NCBI RefSeq assembly: GCF_011386835.1
Contig: NC_088792.1
Location: forward strand, 81,096,001-81,160,000
DNA length: 64,000 bases
Source of the DNA: Chrysemys picta bellii
Lineage: Eukaryota
Direction: 5' to 3'
Part shown: piece after piece, positions 61,517 through 64,000 of the stretch
Layout: each line of letters starts with the position of its first letter
How positions within the stretch are numbered: the stretch's first letter is position 1
Made by a program: the position numbers and the translations under genes
The notes under the pieces: generated by a model
What the model saw: the letters and a program-made list of their open reading frames with translations, nothing else
The model's database searches: none
What the model was told of the DNA's origin: nothing

Positions 61517-61875
61517 ATGGCTCTAGGTGGCTGGTATCAGTCTGGCACAAGCTGGTAGTGACTGAAAGTTGTTACCTCTGGTGGCTATTCAGCAACGTCT
61601 GAGAAACAAATTTGTACTCCCTGTTTATTTTTTCCGTGTCTGAATCATTAACCACGGTCACAGTCCTCGTTAAGGAGCAACCTTGTTGGTAACCTCAGCA
61701 CAGAGGCCATGGACTGAATACTCTGTGGAAACTGAGCTACCATCTCCCCCAGAGAGTTGACCCTCCCAGGTACAGGCTGGGTCGCCTTGATGGACAGTTC
61801 AGGGAATCTTGCACTGCCACTGCCTGTGCTGTACCCATTCCATGGATAAATACAATGTGTTAGTCTCCAGAGCTA
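61517..61875 (+). mobile_element. LF-SINE copy
   Basis: ctctagg..ggtagtgactgaaagttgttacc..ccttgttgg..ctcagcacagaggcca..cttgcactgccactgcctgtgctgtacc..ggataaata..agtctccag follows the LF-SINE consensus as remembered. Confidence 0.75.
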
Positions 61876-62089
61876 CCTTGCACTTGCATGTACTATACTC
61901 ATTTTAAAAATATAAATGAGATACACACAGCGTCAATATAGATTTCAGCCCAACCGTTTTACATTTGATAACACTGTCAAACTCATCAGGGAAAAAGTAA
62001 AGCTATAGAAATGTATCATTTCAACTATGCCTTTGAAAAAATATATACTTTTGAAACTGGGAATTGGCAACATGGGATAGTTCTCTGTT

Positions 62090-62188
62090 CATTCCCCCTG
62101 GGGCACCTGGCCTTGGCCACTGTTGGAAGACAGGATACTGGGCTAGATAGACCTTTGGTCTGACCCAGTATGGCTGTTCTTATGTTCA
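62090..62188 (+). mobile_element. CR1 3' end fragment
   Basis: gacaggatactgggctagatagacctttggtctgacccagtatggctgttcttatgttc. Confidence 0.75.
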
Positions 62189-62793
62189 ATTTTACCTGCA
62201 AGCCCAACATTCATTTCCTTTGTATAAAAACCAAACCCCCACTCTCACTAGCGGTCACCGCTACGCTTATGTTAGTGGTAGTGGCAGGTGATCACCCCTC
62301 TACAGTGGCTGAACTTTTGACTTTGCAAGCTGGACTGGCTTGAAAGCACAAGCTGTCCCTTAACTGGCTCTCATTAATATTTCCTTCCTCTTTGTGTGTC
62401 TATCATTTGGGCTAACCTGCTCTCCAAAGCACCTTGCCCAAGTAACTCAACTGGGTACTGAGAAACTCTGTGCTGGAGAGGGGAAAGTACCTTCCTATCA
62501 CCTGCCCCTCAGCCATGGAGCCCCCACCCTCCTGTGCAATAGAACACACACAACCTCCACACCTCTGGGCTCCGGGCCACGTAGGAGGTAAATACCCTAA
62601 GCATGGCCTCCTTAAATTCTACTCAGCAGAACTGCACCCGTTTGACTGCTGTAGGGTCCTCTGCACCAGTGGACAGGAGAAGAACAGGTACAATTTCCCC
62701 CTTGATGACAGAAGCAAATAATATAGATTCTGGGACTCATCCAAAGGTTCAAGCAGCTTTGAATCAGGCGCTTTATTCAAAGCAAGAGTAGCA

Positions 62794-63904
62794 CATAGAA
62801 TCATAGAAATATAGGGCTGGAAGGGACCTCAAGAAGTCATCCAGTCCAGTCTGCTGTGCTGCAGCAGGACCAAGTAAACCTAGAGCATCCCTGACCAGCT
62901 TGTCCAGTTTGTTTTTAAAAGCTTCCAATGATGGAAGGAAATATTAATGAGAGCCCGTTAAGGGACAGCTTGTGCTTTCAAGCCAGTACAGCTATGATCT
63001 ATGACCTCACTTGGAAGCTATTCCAGAGCTTAACTACTCTTATAGGTTGAAAGTTTTTCCTAATATCTAACCTAAATCTCCCTTGCTGCAGATTGAGCCC
63101 GTTACTTGTCCTACCTTCACTGGCCATGGATAACAATTGATCACTGTCCTCTTTGTAACAGCCCTTACCATATTGGAAGGCTGTTCTCAGGTCCCCCCTC
63201 AGTCTTCTTTTCTCAAGACTAAACATGCCCAGTTTTTTAAACTTTTCCTCATAGGGCAGGTTTTCTAAGCTTTTTATCATTTTTGTTGCTCTTCTCTGGA
63301 CTCTTTCCAATTTGTCCACATCTTTCTAAGATAAATTGTGGCACCCAGAATTGGACACAGTACTCCAGCTGGGGCCTCAGCAGTGCCAAATAGAGCGGGA
63401 CAATTACCTCCTGTGTCTTACATACAACACTCCTGTTAATACACTCCAGAATCATATGAGTCTTTTTTTGCAGCTGTATCACATTGACGACACATTCAGT
63501 CTGTAGTCCACTATAACCCCCAGGTTCCTCTTCAGCAGTACTACCACCTAGATAATTATTCCCCATTTTGTAGTTGTGCATTTGATTTTTCCCCCTAACT
63601 GTAGTACTTTGCACTTGTCTTTATTGAATTTCATCTTGTTGATTTCATATCAATTCTCCAATTTGTCAAGGTCATTTTGAATTTTAAAGCTGCCCTCCAA
63701 AGTGCTTGCAACCCCTCCCAGCCTGGTATCATATACAAATTTTATAAGCATACACTCTACTCCATTATCCAAGTCATTAATGAAAATATTAAATAGCTCT
63801 GGACTGACCCTTGCAGGATGCCTAGATATGTCCTCCCAATGTGACAGCAAATCATTGATAACTATTCTTCAACCAGTTGTGCACCCACCTTATAGTAATT
63901 TCAT
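62794..63904 (-). mobile_element. CR1 LINE, 5'-truncated
   Basis: LFNIFINDLD..LIKFVYDTRLGG, LYLALLRPQLEYCVQFW, LERVQRRATKMI; tail (catagaat)n at 62794. Confidence 0.95.
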
Positions 63905-63993
63905 GCCACTGTATGAATGGATACAATTGAATCAAGGTAATTGTAAAATAAAATAATTCTCTTTTTTTTCCCTCTCCCATCGCTCCCTTCTAG

Positions 63994-64000
63994 CTTGCTC
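63994..64000 (+). CDS. COL6A4: Start of next COL6A4-like exon (truncated by window end)
   Basis: Polypyrimidine tract plus tag; C|CT TGC TC gives P-C-S in phase with the previous exon. Confidence 0.7.

Noticed and set aside
11891-64000. Assignment as COL6A5, COL6A6 or COL6A3
   Set aside because: From memory, CNIDVSVGIDIS..SAKVKVLLVFTDGLD, CCNVLAKC and the PCS exon match alpha-4(VI) better. The paralogue call still needs a tree and synteny check.

Overview
Eukaryotic, reptile-type DNA; the repeat families (CR1, Penelope-like pieces with hammerhead motifs, hAT and Harbinger MITEs, LF-SINE) suggest a turtle. The window holds the middle of a + strand collagen VI long-chain gene, best matching COL6A4. 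It comprises two whole VWA exons, the split last N-terminal VWA domain, a complete 336-residue triple helix with Cys50, and the start of the C-terminal region (26 exons, 11891-64000). One VWA exon (12904-13481) carries a TGA stop plus a frameshift but can be skipped in frame, and two triple-helix glycines are substituted. The most striking element is a young 2.3-kb non-autonomous provirus (5433-7725, minus strand) nested in an older solo LTR. It has 479-bp LTRs, a 6-bp TSD, a tRNA-Trp PBS identical to that of avian leukosis/Rous sarcoma virus, an ALV-like LTR layout, a betaretrovirus-like myristoylated matrix, a degenerate ALV gp85-like env N-terminus, and a leader segment amplified into four 106-bp tandem copies. 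All family and orthologue comparisons are from memory and need database confirmation.
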